Shown: piece after piece, positions 25,771 to 37,136 of the stretch
Numbering within the stretch: position 1 is the stretch's first letter
How the letters are laid out: every line of letters begins with the position of its first letter
Assembly: GCA_052327205.1 (NCBI GenBank)
Contig: CM126213.1
Coordinates: 27,652,001 to 27,716,000 of the forward strand
Reading direction: 5' to 3'
Source of the DNA: Somniosus microcephalus
Lineage: Eukaryota
DNA length: 64,000 nt
Program-made: the position numbers and the translations under genes
Notes under the pieces: model-generated
The model's database searches: none
Told to the model about the DNA's origin: nothing
The model's input: only the letters and a program-made list of their open reading frames with translations

Positions 25771-26306
25771 ATAATAAAAAGAACTTGCATTTTATATAGC
25801 GTCTTTCAAGACTAGCTGAGAGTCTGCAGAGGCTTGATGGGCTGAATGGCTTTCTTCCGTGCTGTAACCATTCTATGATTCTATGAAGACATCAGAACAT
25901 CCCAAACGCTTCACTTTTGAAATGAATTCGCTGTTGAAATGCAGGCAAAAATAGATGGGACACAGGTGAAATAAGCTGATCAAAATCAATTGACACTGCT
26001 CCCTCACCACCTTTTCATCCAGGTGAGACTGTAAGCTCTGCTAAGGCTTTTTGGCCTTGCTACAATTCTATAATAATTAAGTTTCAAATGGCCTTCAAAC
26101 TGGATGCACAGAGGCATATAGATTGACCACTACATAGTATTGACTCTGGGAGTCACAGTCTATTTATGGAGGACATATTGTGTCAGCCATTGTTAAATAC
26201 TGACTATGTCTCTTGATGGCTCTGAAAAAAATTAAGTTATATATAGAAGCATAGAAGATAGGAGCAGGAGTAGGCCATTCGGCCCCTCGAGCCTGTTCCG
26301 CCATTT

Positions 26307-28495
26307 GAGCTAATAAGCCGCAAGTGCAAGGCATTTCTGATCTGGAAACAGCAACAGAACTCGAGTGCAAGAAAGCAGCTCTACAGAAGCCTGAAGGCCG
26401 AGGTCCAACAAAAAACTCGCGACCTAAAGAACAGATGGTGGGTGGAGAAAGCGCAGGAGATCCAGCAACTAGCCGACAACCACGACGTGCGTGGATTCTT
26501 TACTGCAGCCAAGACCATTTATGGCCCAAGCACCCAAGGCCCTTCCCCGCTGCGCGCCAAGAATGGAGAGGTACTCATCAAGGACAGGGAAGCAGTCAGT
26601 GCCCGCTGGAAGGAGCACTTCGAAGATCTCCTTAACCATGACTCTGTCTTCGACACGAGTGTCCTCAACTCCATCCCACAGTATGCTACCCGCTACCATC
26701 TCAGCACAACCCCAGCCCGGCATGAAGTTGAAAAGGCCATCCGACAACTGAAGAACAACAAGGCCTCAGGAGCAGATGGAATCCCCGCCGAGGCACTAAA
26801 GCATGGCGGAGAAGCAATACTGGCGCGAATTCATGAACTTATTCCTCTTATCTGGAAGGAGGAGAGCATGCCAGGGGATCTCAGAGATGCCGTAATTGTG
26901 ACCATCTTCAAGAAAGGTGGCAAGTCCGATTGTGGTAATTACAGAGGAGTTTCCCTGCTATCTGCCACAGGGAAAGTCATTGCAAGAATCCTCCTCAATC
27001 GCCTTCTCCCAGTGGCCGAAGAGCTCCTCCCAGAGTCGCAATGCGGATTCCGCCCACTAAGGGGCACAATGGACATGGTCTTCACCGCACGTCAATTACA
27101 AGAGAAATGCAGGGAACAGCACCAACCACTGTACATGGCCTTCTTTGATCTCACAAAGGCCTTCGACACTGTCAACCGTGAGGGATTATGGAGTGTCCTC
27201 CTCAAATTCGGCTGCCCTCAAAAGTTTGTCACTATCCGCCGCCTGCTTCACGACGACATGCAAGCCATGATCCTGACCAACGGTTCCACCACAGACCCAA
27301 TTCATGTACGAACCGGGGTCAAACAAGGCTGTGTCATCGCACCAACGCTCTTCTCAATCTTCCTTGCTGCAATGCTCCATCTCACCCTCAGTAAGCTCCC
27401 CACTGGAGTGGAGCTAATTTACAGAACAAACGGGAAACTGCTCAACCTCCGTCGCCTCCAGTCCAGATCCAAGGTCGTCCCATCCTCTGTCGTCGAATTA
27501 CAGTATACAGACGATGCTTGCGTCTGCGCTCACTCGGAGGTCGAACTCCAAACCATCGTAAACACCTTCACCAAAGCATATGAGAGCATGGGCCTTACAC
27601 TAAACATCCATAAGACAAAGGTCCTCTACCAACCTGCCCCCGCCACACAGTGCTGCCCCCCGATGATCAAAATCCACGACAAGGCCTTGGACAACGTGGG
27701 CCACTTTCCATACCTCGGGAGCCTACTGTCAACAAGGGCAGACATCGATGACGAAGTCCAACACCACCTTCAGTGTGCCAGTGCAGCCTTTGGTCACCTG
27801 AGGAAGAGAGTGTTTGAAGACCAAGACCTCAAACCCGGCACTAAGTTCATGGTCTACAGGGCAGCAATGATACCTGCCCTGCTGTATGCCTCAGAGACAT
27901 GGACCATGTACAGCAGGCACCTCAAAGCACTGGAGAGGTACCACCAATGCTGCCTCTGCAAGATCCTGCAAATCCATTGGCAGGATAGGCGCACCAACGT
28001 CAGTGTTATTGCTCAGGCCAACATCCCCAGCATCGAAGCTCTGACCACGCACAATCAGCTCCGATGGACGGGTCACATTGTCCGCATGCCTGATATGAGA
28101 CTCCCAAAACAAGCGCTCTACTCGGAGCTCCGGCACGGCAAGAGAGCCCCAGATGGGCAGAGGAAACGCTTCAAGGACACCCTCAAAGTGTCCTTGAAAA
28201 AGTGCAACATCCCCACCGACACCTGGGAATCCTTGGCCCAAGACCGCACAAAGTGGAGGAGAAGCATCCGGGAAGGCGCCGAACACCTCGAGTCTCTTCG
28301 CCGGGAGCAAGCGGAAGCCAAGCGCAAGGAGCGCACATCAACCCAAGCACCCCACCCACCGGCCCCTTCAACCACCGTCTGCCCCACCTGTGACAGAGAC
28401 TGTAGGTCCCACATTGGACTAATCAGCCACCTGCGAGCTCATTTTAAGGTGGAAGCAAGTCATCCTCAGTTCCGAGGGACTGCCTAAGAAGAAGA
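26307..28495 (+). mobile_element. RTE (BovB-like) LINE, 5'-truncated, with 187-bp flanking duplication
   Basis: RT ORF, (GAA)n tail; 26120-26306 is repeated as 28496-28613 plus 35557-35625. Confidence 0.95.
26442..28487 (+). CDS. RTE reverse transcriptase (open 681 aa, no endonuclease domain)
   Basis: NYRGVSLL, QCGFR, DLTKAFD, GVKQGC, YTDD in place of YADD, C-terminal C2H2 (CPTC...HLRAH). Confidence 0.85.
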   Translation: MEKAQEIQQLADNHDVRGFFTAAKTIYGPSTQGPSPLRAKNGEVLIKDREAVSARWKEHFEDLLNHDSVFDTSVLNSIPQYATRYHLSTTPARHEVEKAIRQLKNNKASGADGIPAEALKHGGEAILARIHELIPLIWKEESMPGDLRDAVIVTIFKKGGKSDCGNYRGVSLLSATGKVIARILLNRLLPVAEELLPESQCGFRPLRGTMDMVFTARQLQEKCREQHQPLYMAFFDLTKAFDTVNREGLWSVLLKFGCPQKFVTIRRLLHDDMQAMILTNGSTTDPIHVRTGVKQGCVIAPTLFSIFLAAMLHLTLSKLPTGVELIYRTNGKLLNLRRLQSRSKVVPSSVVELQYTDDACVCAHSEVELQTIVNTFTKAYESMGLTLNIHKTKVLYQPAPATQCCPPMIKIHDKALDNVGHFPYLGSLLSTRADIDDEVQHHLQCASAAFGHLRKRVFEDQDLKPGTKFMVYRAAMIPALLYASETWTMYSRHLKALERYHQCCLCKILQIHWQDRRTNVSVIAQANIPSIEALTTHNQLRWTGHIVRMPDMRLPKQALYSELRHGKRAPDGQRKRFKDTLKVSLKKCNIPTDTWESLAQDRTKWRRSIREGAEHLESLRREQAEAKRKERTSTQAPHPPAPSTTVCPTCDRDCRSHIGLISHLRAHFKVEASHPQFRGTA

Positions 28496-28651
28496 AGATT
28501 GACCACTACATAGTATTGACTCTGGGAGTCACAGTCTATTTATGGAGGATATATTGTGTCAGCCATTGTTAAATACTGACCATGTCTCTTGATAGCTCTG
28601 AAAAAAATTAAGTTGTGGCGGTACCACTGGTTGTCCCTTACATTGAGACAC

Positions 28652-31600
28652 TGATGCGCCATCAATTACTCAAAAGACTGAGGTTAAGCGAGTAACAACC
28701 AGGCTTTTATTAACTAAAGAATGAAGGTCTATTCTCGAGTGGTCGACCCGTCCAGAATACTAAGGGACTGGGAGGTAGTCACTTATATACCTGGAATAGT
28801 GGGAGGAGTCAGCCGAGGCATGTCCAGACCTGTACCTAGTGGAATACACATACACATACAGACAGGTATAACAGTGGTTTACCACATTCACCCCTTGTTT
28901 AAAAATGAGTCCGGCGGGGTGAAGTGTATTTAAAAGTTCGTGTATTGGAGTCTCTCCGGAGGTCTTGTCTGCCGCTGTGATCGACATGGCGACGGCAGGG
29001 CTGGTGGGGCTTCCGGCGTCGCGTCCCGTGTAGGTTGGGGCACTGGAGTGTAGTCCTCGTGGGTGACGGTCCAAGGCGAGCCGGCTGCTGGGGTTGGATA
29101 TCGGGTCGTGGGGGGGGTGGTAATGGGTAGTGGGTTACAGCGGTCCCCGAGGGTGCGAGGTCTCGTATGGAGACTGTGTCCTCCCGCCCGTCCGGGTACG
29201 CAATGTAAGCGTACTGGGGGTTGGCGTGGAGGAGGTCGACCCTCTCGACCAGGGGGTCTGTTTTATTGGTCCTCACGTGTCTTCTCAGTAGTACCGGCCC
29301 TGGGGACGTCAGCCATGGCGGTAACGCTGTCCCCGATGTGGACTTCCTTGGGAAGACAAACATTTTCTCATGAGGGGTGGCATTGGTGGCAGTGCAGGGC
29401 AGTGACCGAATCGAGTGGAGCGCATCGGGGAGCACCTCCTGCCAACGGGAGGTCGGAAGGCCCCTAGACTTTAAGGCTAGTAGGGCGGCCTTCCAAACTG
29501 TTGCATTCTCTCTTTCCACCTGTCCGTTCCCCCGGGGGTTGTAACTGGTGGTCCTGCTTGTGGCTATACCCCTAGCGAGCAGGTACTGGTGGAGTTCGTC
29601 GCTCATAAACGATGAGCCCCGGTCGCTATGGATATAGCTGGGGAAACCGAACAGGGTGAAGAGGCTGTTCAGACATTTAATGACCGTGGCACTGGTCATG
29701 TCCGGGCAGGGGATAGCGAACGGGAAACGGGAGTACTCGTCAATGATGTTGAGGAAGTACACATTGCGGTCGGAGGAGGGGAGAGGCCCTTTAAAATCAA
29801 CGCTCAGGCGTTTGAATGGGCGAGTGGATTTTATCAGGTGGGCTCTGTCTGGTCTATAAAAGTGCGGTTTGCACTCAGCGCAGACTTGGCAGTTCTTGGT
29901 CATGGTCCTGACCTCCTCAATGGAGTAAGGCAGGTTGCGGGCCTTGATGAAGTGGAAGAACCTGGTGACCCCCGGGTGGCAGAGGTCATTGTGGAGGGCC
30001 CTCAGCCTATCGATCTGTGTGCTGGCGCAGGTGCCATGCGATAGGGCATCTGGGGGTTCATTGAGCTTCCCAGGCCGGTACAAGATCTCGTAATTGTAGG
30101 TGGAAAGTTCGATTCTCCACCTCAAGATCTTGTCATTTTTGATTTTGCCCCTCTGCTTGTTGTTGAACATAAAAGCAACTGAACGCTGGTCAGTGAGCAG
30201 GGTAAATCGTTTTCCGGCCAGGCAGTGCCTCCAATGACGCACAGCCTCCACAATAGCCTGGGCCTCCTTCTCGACCGCGGAGTGTCTGGTCTCCGGGCCC
30301 TGGAGGGTTCGTGAGAAGAATGCCACAGGTCTCCCCGCCTGATTAAGAGTGGCGGCCAGAGCGAAGTCGGACGCATCGCTTTCCACCTGGAAGGGGATGG
30401 ATTCATCCACTGCGTGCATGGTGGCTTTGGCAATGTCCTCCTTGATACGGTGGAAGGCCGAGCGGGCCTCTGCCATCAGGGGAAAAGAGGTGGATTTGAT
30501 CAGCGGACGGGCTTTGTCTGCATAGTAGGGGACCCACTGGGCGTAGTAGGAAAAAAACCGTAGGCACCTCTTCAGAGCTTTTAGGCAGTGGGGCAGTGGG
30601 AGTTCCATAAGGGGACGCATCCGGTCCGGGTCGGGACCGATGACCCCGTGTTCCACAACACAGCCCAGGATGGCGAGGCGGTCTGTGCGGAATATGCACT
30701 TCTCCTTGTTATATGTCAGGTTCAGGAGTTGGGCGGTGCGGAGGAATTTCTCGAGGTTTGCGTCATGGTCCTGCAAGTCATGGCCGCAGATGATCACATT
30801 GTCTAGGTAAGGGAAAGTGGCCTGCAGCGCGTTTTGATCGACCATCCGGTCCATCTCCCTTTGGAAGACGGAGACCCCGTTGGTAACGCCAAAGGGAACC
30901 CTAAGGAAGTGATAGAGGCGGCCGTTTGCCTCAAAAGCAGTATACTGGCGGTCTTCGGGGCGGATGGGGAGCTGGTGGTACGCTGATTTCAGGTCAATGG
31001 TCGAAAAGACGCGGTACTGCGCGATCTGGTTGACCATGTCAGCTATGCGGGGGAGTGGGTAGGCGTCCAGCAGGGTGTAGCGGTTTATTGTTTGGCTGTA
31101 GTCGATGACCAGGCGTTGTTTCTCGCCGGTCTTAACGACCACAACCTGGGCTCGCCAGGGGCTGGAGCTGCCCTCAATAATCCCCTCCTTCAGGAGCCGC
31201 TCCACTTCAGTTTTGATGAAAACCCTGTCCCCGGCACTGTATCGCCTGCTCTTTGTGGCAATGGGCTTACAGTCGGGGGTGAGGTTAGCAAACAGTGGGG
31301 GGGGGGTGGGACTCTGAGTGTGGAGAGGTTGCATCTGGTGTGCGGCGGGCAATTTGGAGGCTGCTGGCTGCGGACTGTGAGTGGGGGGAGGGGGCCACCG
31401 TACGCCATCGTAATGCTTTTGAGGTGGCACTGGAAATCCAACCCCAGTAGAACGGCAGCGCAAAGTTGGGGCAAGACCAGGAGTTTAAAATTATTGAACA
31501 CAGTCCCGTCTACTACTAGTGTCACCACGCAGTAGTCGCCAATGTCCGCTGACTGGGACTCGGCGGCCATAGAAATCCGCTGGTGCGCAGGCAGGACTGG

Positions 31601-33076
31601 GAGAGAGCAACGCCGCACCGTGTCGGGGTGGATGAAGCTCTCTGTGCTCCCGGAGTCAAAAAGGCAGTTTATTGCATGGCCGTTTACCTTAACGTCCATT
31701 TTGGACCGAGCTAGTTGGTGCGGTCTCGTTTGGTCCAGCGTAACAGAGGCCAGCATAGGGGTCGGTGTGTCGCTGCGGGTATCAGATGGGGGGGGGGGGT
31801 TGGCGGCCTGCTGCGTCCCGGCTGGTGTCCAAGATGGCGGCGTCCATGATTCCCATGTGGCTGGAGTCGTCCATGATGGCTGCTTCTGCGGTGGTTCGCA
31901 CATGGCTGGGGAGGCCCAAGATGGCGGCCCGCACGGCCCACACGCGGCGCTGTTGGGGGCCCAAGATGGCGGCTCGCACGGCCCTCGCACGGCCCACATG
32001 CGGCGCTGCTGGCGTTCGGGGTGGCTTTGGCCTTGCAGACGCTAGCGTAGTGTCCCTTTTTCCCGCAGCCCGAGCAGGTCGCATTCTTCGCCGGGCAGCG
32101 CGCTCTGGGGTGTTTGGCCTGGCCACAGAAGTAGCATTTCTGGCCTTGGGATACTGCTGTCTGGCTTTGGGACACTGCTGCGGTGGTTGGGCCGTTGTTG
32201 GGCTGTGGCTGGGGTGGCACGGTGCTATGGAGCTGTCCTACCGTGTCCCAGGTTGTCGTTCCCCGCGGCGTCCATGGTGCAGAGGAGTAGGCATCCATGC
32301 CCCGGTAGGCTGCGTCCAGCGTTAGTGCGATTTCGGAGGCTTTGTCGAGGGTGAGGTCACTCTGCTCCAGCAGTCGCTGTCGGGTGTAGTTGGACCTGTG
32401 GCCCGCTACGAAGCCATCCTGGATCAGATCCTCCGTGTACTTAGTGGACGTTACCGCCTTACACCCACAGGCCCGGCCAAGCACGGACAGTGCTTGGAGG
32501 TATTCCTCAGTCGATTCCCCAGGTTGTTGCTTGCGACTCCCCAGGAGGTGCCTGGCGTAAACTTCGTTCACAGGGCGCGTGTACTGGGTCTTGAGGAGCT
32601 GGAGGGCGGCTGTGTATGAGGTCGCGTCCCGGATGACTGAGTAGACTCGATGGTTCACCTTGGAGATCAGGACAGACAGTTTGTTCGCATCCGTTACGAC
32701 CGCAGTGGAGGCAGTCAGGAATGCCTCGAAGCACATGAGCCAGTGAGCAAACTTGCTGGAAGCGTCCGCTTCCCGACTGTCCAGGTCCAGGCATGCTGGT
32801 GTGAGGATCTTCTCCATTATAAAAAATTTAGTTAATAAAATTGATGCGCCATCAATTACTCAAAAGACTGAGGTTAAGCGAGTAATAACCAGGCTTTTAT
32901 TAACTAAAGAATGAAGGTCTAGTCTCGAGTGGTCGACCCGTCCAGAATACTAAGGGACTGGGAGGTAGTCACTTATATACCTGGAATAGTGGGAGGAGTC
33001 AGCCGAGGCATGTCCAGACCTGTACCTAGTGGAATACACATACACATACAGACAGGTATAACAGTGGTTTACCACA
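28652..33076 (-). mobile_element. Young Ty3/Gypsy LTR retrotransposon without a tRNA PBS
   Basis: 235-bp LTRs at 28652-28886 and 32842-33076 (2 mismatches), 5-bp TSD GACAC, PPT AAACAAGGGGTGAA, TATATAA and AATAAA in the LTR. Confidence 0.95.
28899..32817 (-). pseudogene. gag-pro-pol of the PBS-less Gypsy, frameshifted
   Basis: Gag with CYFC..H...C and CSGCGKKGHYASVC, protease FDSGS, RT YLDN, RNase H DASD, integrase H-H-C-C and SDRG...ERE. Frame breaks at an 11-bp duplication near 31975 and a G-run near 31300. Confidence 0.9.
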
Positions 33077-35556
33077 GACACATAATTCCCTTTAACTTAC
33101 CTTTTGGGGCCGTTGCCCTTTTAACTTACCTGTTGGGGCCATTGCCCCTTTAAGGCGCGCCCTAGCGCGCTGATGTCACGTCACGTACGACGTGATGTGC
33201 GTGCGCCGGCACAGCCCGGCCTAGCGTCTTCGGCCTCAACGGTCAGCCGACAGGAGCGACACAATCTTCCGCTCCCGCAGCAAGCACCGGCACAGCCCGG
33301 CCTCCCGACTTCAGCCTCAACGGCCAGCGACGCAAATCACGTGACGCCCTAAGCGCGGGAAACGCGAGCAACGTGATAACGTCACAACACAAACGCGATG
33401 ACGTCATCACACTCCCCACAGGACTGCGAACTCAGTCCTCGTGGTGTCCCCGCTGGGACAAGACCTACACCACGGTGCTCCTACAGTCAGCCATCTTACC
33501 TGCTATCTTACCTGCTGTAATTAGTCTGTTCCTGTAAATAAACAACTTATTTATAGCTCGTCGAAGTCAAACTCTCTTATTTAGTGGCGATCTACACAAA
33601 CCGCTACATTGGTGAACCCACGACGTGAGTACGGGAGCTCATCAATTCCAACGCTACAATTGGTGAACCCGTATCCGTGAACGATTTTCACGGTAGCAAC
33701 GCAGCCTGACCCTCATCTTCCCACAAGATGACCAACGCACAACCGACGAACAACCACGGAACAGCAACCGCCTAACACCGATTCCAGCACAAGCGACCCC
33801 GTCTTTGCGAACGTCTTCGCAATGAAAGCGCAGCTTGGAGGTGAGCCCGTTTTTCACGAACGATGTCACAGAGGTAGAGCACGACCAACGGCAACCGTCA
33901 TCCACCAGCGCTACAATTGGTGGGTTTGTGAACGTCTTTCACAAACGAAGCACGCTATGGAAGCATCAGCCGTTCTGCTGTCGCTACCGCAATCCAGGGA
34001 GCCACGGTCTCCCTCGTGCTTTGTGCAGGTAGAAGCCCTGTTCGCCAAGGACATTGATGCGGCACAGACCACGCACGTGCTCACGGTCTCCGTATTCGAC
34101 TCTTCTACCGCCACACGGATCGTCCGCCTCTACATCCAAAGCAACAGCAAGTATACATCTCTCCAAGCGCGGGGTACAGCATGTTCGAGCCCACAAGATC
34201 AGAGCTCGCCCCGCGGGGATACCACGAGGACTCACCCCCGCAAAACACGAGGACGCACTCCTCGCGCACGAGGATCCATCCCTCGCGAACCACGAGAACC
34301 CATCCCTTGTGAACACCGACGATTCTTTCCCTGCCGATGACGCACCAGCCCTTCAGCCTGCTGGTTGTGTTACCTACTGTACGATTTGGCGTGAACAAAA
34401 GGCGTGCCGCCCTCCCTGCTGTTTTCTCCTAAATCTACAACTGTTACAAGTGTTGCCGCCCTCCAGGCAGAGTTAACCCCTCCTGAAAGCAACAACAACC
34501 TGGACCGTTGCCACCCTTTCTCCAGTTTTCCCTTTAACAAACACAAACGTCGACTGAAGCTGCACACATCGAGGACGGGTCCAACGGGCATCCTGCGGCC
34601 GCAATCAGCCACGTGAAAGTTGCTAGCCTCACCGATCACTGATCAACGCAGCAACTCTTCACCCTCCGTTGTGTTCACGTCGTAGCACTATGGCACGCAC
34701 CGTTCCGTGCATTCCAGCCTCCCGAAGATTTCGCTCACCAGCCAACGGAGACATCACCCGTGTCTGCCCAACCTGCCCGTCACTGTGACAAGGACTGCTG
34801 TTTCGCACATCTCCACGGTCCTTCGCCTGGCGGATATGTTTTATTCGCCACGACGCGCGTAAGGATCCGCTCACGAGCAGCATCTTCATACCTCGCCTAC
34901 CAAGCCGAGACAGCACGACCGCCGAGACCACCAGCTCGTCAGACCATCTCATCCTTGGACTTTCGTTAAAGCAAATTCTGGGGGGGCCTATGTGGCGGTA
35001 CCACCGGTTGTCCCTTACATTGAGACACATAATTCCCTTTAACTTACCTTTTGGGGCCGTTGCCCTTTTAACTTACCTGTTGGGGCCATTGCCCCTTTAA
35101 GGCGCGCCCTAGCGCGCTGACGTCACGTCACGTACGACGTGATGTGTGTGCGCCGGCACAGCCCGGCCTAGCGTCTTCGGCCTCAACGGCCAGCCGACAG
35201 GAGCGACGCAATCTTCCGCTCCCGCGGCAAGCACCGGCACAGCCCGGCCTCCCGATTTTGGCCTCAACGGCCAGCGACGCAAATCACGTGACGCCCTAAG
35301 CACGGGAAACGCGGGCAACGTGATAACGTCACAACACAAACGCGATGACATCATCACGCTCCCCACAGGACTGCGACCTCAGTCCTCGTGGAGTCCCCGC
35401 TGGGACAAGACCTACACGGTGCTCCTACAGTCAGCCATCTTACCTGTTATCTTACCTGCTGTAATTAGTCTGTTCCTGTAAATAAACAACTTATTTATAG
35501 TTCGTCGAAGTCAAACTCTCTTATTTAGTGGCGATCTACATGAACCGCTACAAAGT

Positions 35557-36902
35557 TATATATAGAAACATAGAAGATAGGAGCAGGAGTAGGCCATTCG
35601 GCCCCTCGAGCCTGTTCCACCATTTAATGAGATCATGGCTGATCATCCAAATTCAGTACCCTGTCCCTGCTATCTCCCCATATCCCTTGATTCCTTTAGC
35701 CTTCTTGAATATATTTAATGAAATGGCTTTAACTGCCTTGTGTGGTAGAGAATTCCACAGGTTCTCTGGGTGAAGAAATTCCTCCTCATCTCAGTCCTAA
35801 ATGGCTTATCCCTTATCCTTAGACTGTGACCCCTGGTTCTAGACTCCCCAGCCATCAGGAACACCCTTCCTGCATCTAGTTTGTCTAGTCCTCTTAGAAT
35901 TTTATAAGTTTCAATGAGATCCCCTCGCATTCTTCTAAACTCGAGCGAATATAAGCCTAATCGACCCAATCTCTCCTCATACGCCATTCCTGCCATCCCA
36001 GGTATCAGTCTGGTGAATCTTCACTGCACTCTCTCCATGGCAAGAACATCCTTCCTCAGATAAGGCGACCAAAATTGCACACAATACTCAAGGTGTGGTC
36101 TCACCAAGGCCCTGTACAACTGCAGCAAGACATCCTTGCACCTGTACTCGAATCCTCTCGTTATGAAGGTCAACATACCATTTGCCTTCTTAACCGCCTG
36201 CTGCATCTGCATGCTTACCTTCAGCGACAGGTGCACAAGGACACCCAGGTCTCGTTGCACTTCCCCTTTTCCCAATCTATTGCTGTTCAGATAATAATCT
36301 GTCTTCCTGTTTTTGCCACTGAAGTGGATAACCTCGCATTTATCCACATTATACTGCATTTGCCATGCATCTGCCCAATCACCCAACCTGTCCAAATCAT
36401 ACTGGAGTTTCTCTGCATCCTCCTCACAGCACACACGCCCACCCAGCTTTGTGTCGTCTGCAAACTTGGAGATATTACATTTAGTTCCCTCGTCTAGATC
36501 ATTTATATATATTGTGAATAGCTGGGGTCCTCGAACCGATCCCTGCGGTACCCCACTAGTCACTACCTGCCACTCGGAAAAAGACCCATTTATTCCAACT
36601 CTTTGCTTCCTGTCTGCCAACCAGTTCTCTATCCAAGGCAGTACCTTACCCCCAATCCCATGTGCTTTAACTTTGCACGCTAATCTCTTATGCGGGACTT
36701 TATCGAAAGCCTTCTGAAAGTCCAAATACACCTCATCCACTGGTTCTCCCTTATCTATTCTACCAGTCACATCCTCAAAAATTCCAGTAGATTAGTCAAG
36801 CATGATTTACCTTTTGTAAATCCATGTTGACTTTGTCCAATCCTGTCACTGTTTTCCAAGTGCTCTGCTATTACATCTTTTATAATGGACTCTAGCATTT
36901 TC
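35557..36902 (-). mobile_element. CR1 LINE 3' part (continues at 41653-42202)
   Basis: YLDFQKAFDKVPH, GVPQGS, FADD; tail at about 35565. The RT sequence resumes across the nested CR1. Confidence 0.92.
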
Positions 36903-37136
36903 ATAAGAACATAAGAACATAAGAAATAGGAGCAGGAGTAGGCCAATCGGCCCCTCGAGCCTGCTCCGCCATTCAATAAGATCATGGCTGATCTGATCCT
37001 AACCGCCAATCTACTATCACAGAACCATCTCCTGAATCTAACAGAATTAGACACACGAAATAGGAGCAGGATCAGGCTACACGGCCCCTGGGCCCGCTCC
37101 GTTACCCACAGGGCCATGACCGATCCGAACCTAGAC

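Larger units (their letters stand above)
28614..35552 (+). mobile_element. Non-autonomous LTR element (CsRn1-like), 5' LTR split by another Gypsy
   Basis: 5' LTR 28614-28651 plus 33082-33608, 3' LTR 34991-35552 (about 19 substitutions and a 3-bp indel), TSD AAGT, tRNA-Trp-like PBS at 33610, PPT TTCTGGGGGGGCC, decayed gag, no pol. Confidence 0.9.

Noticed and set aside
25371-25815. ORFs spanning the N run
   Set aside because: Artefacts of translating the assembly gap.
31290-31310. Programmed frameshift between protease and RT
   Set aside because: The break is in a long G/C homopolymer, more simply a slippage mutation or sequencing error.
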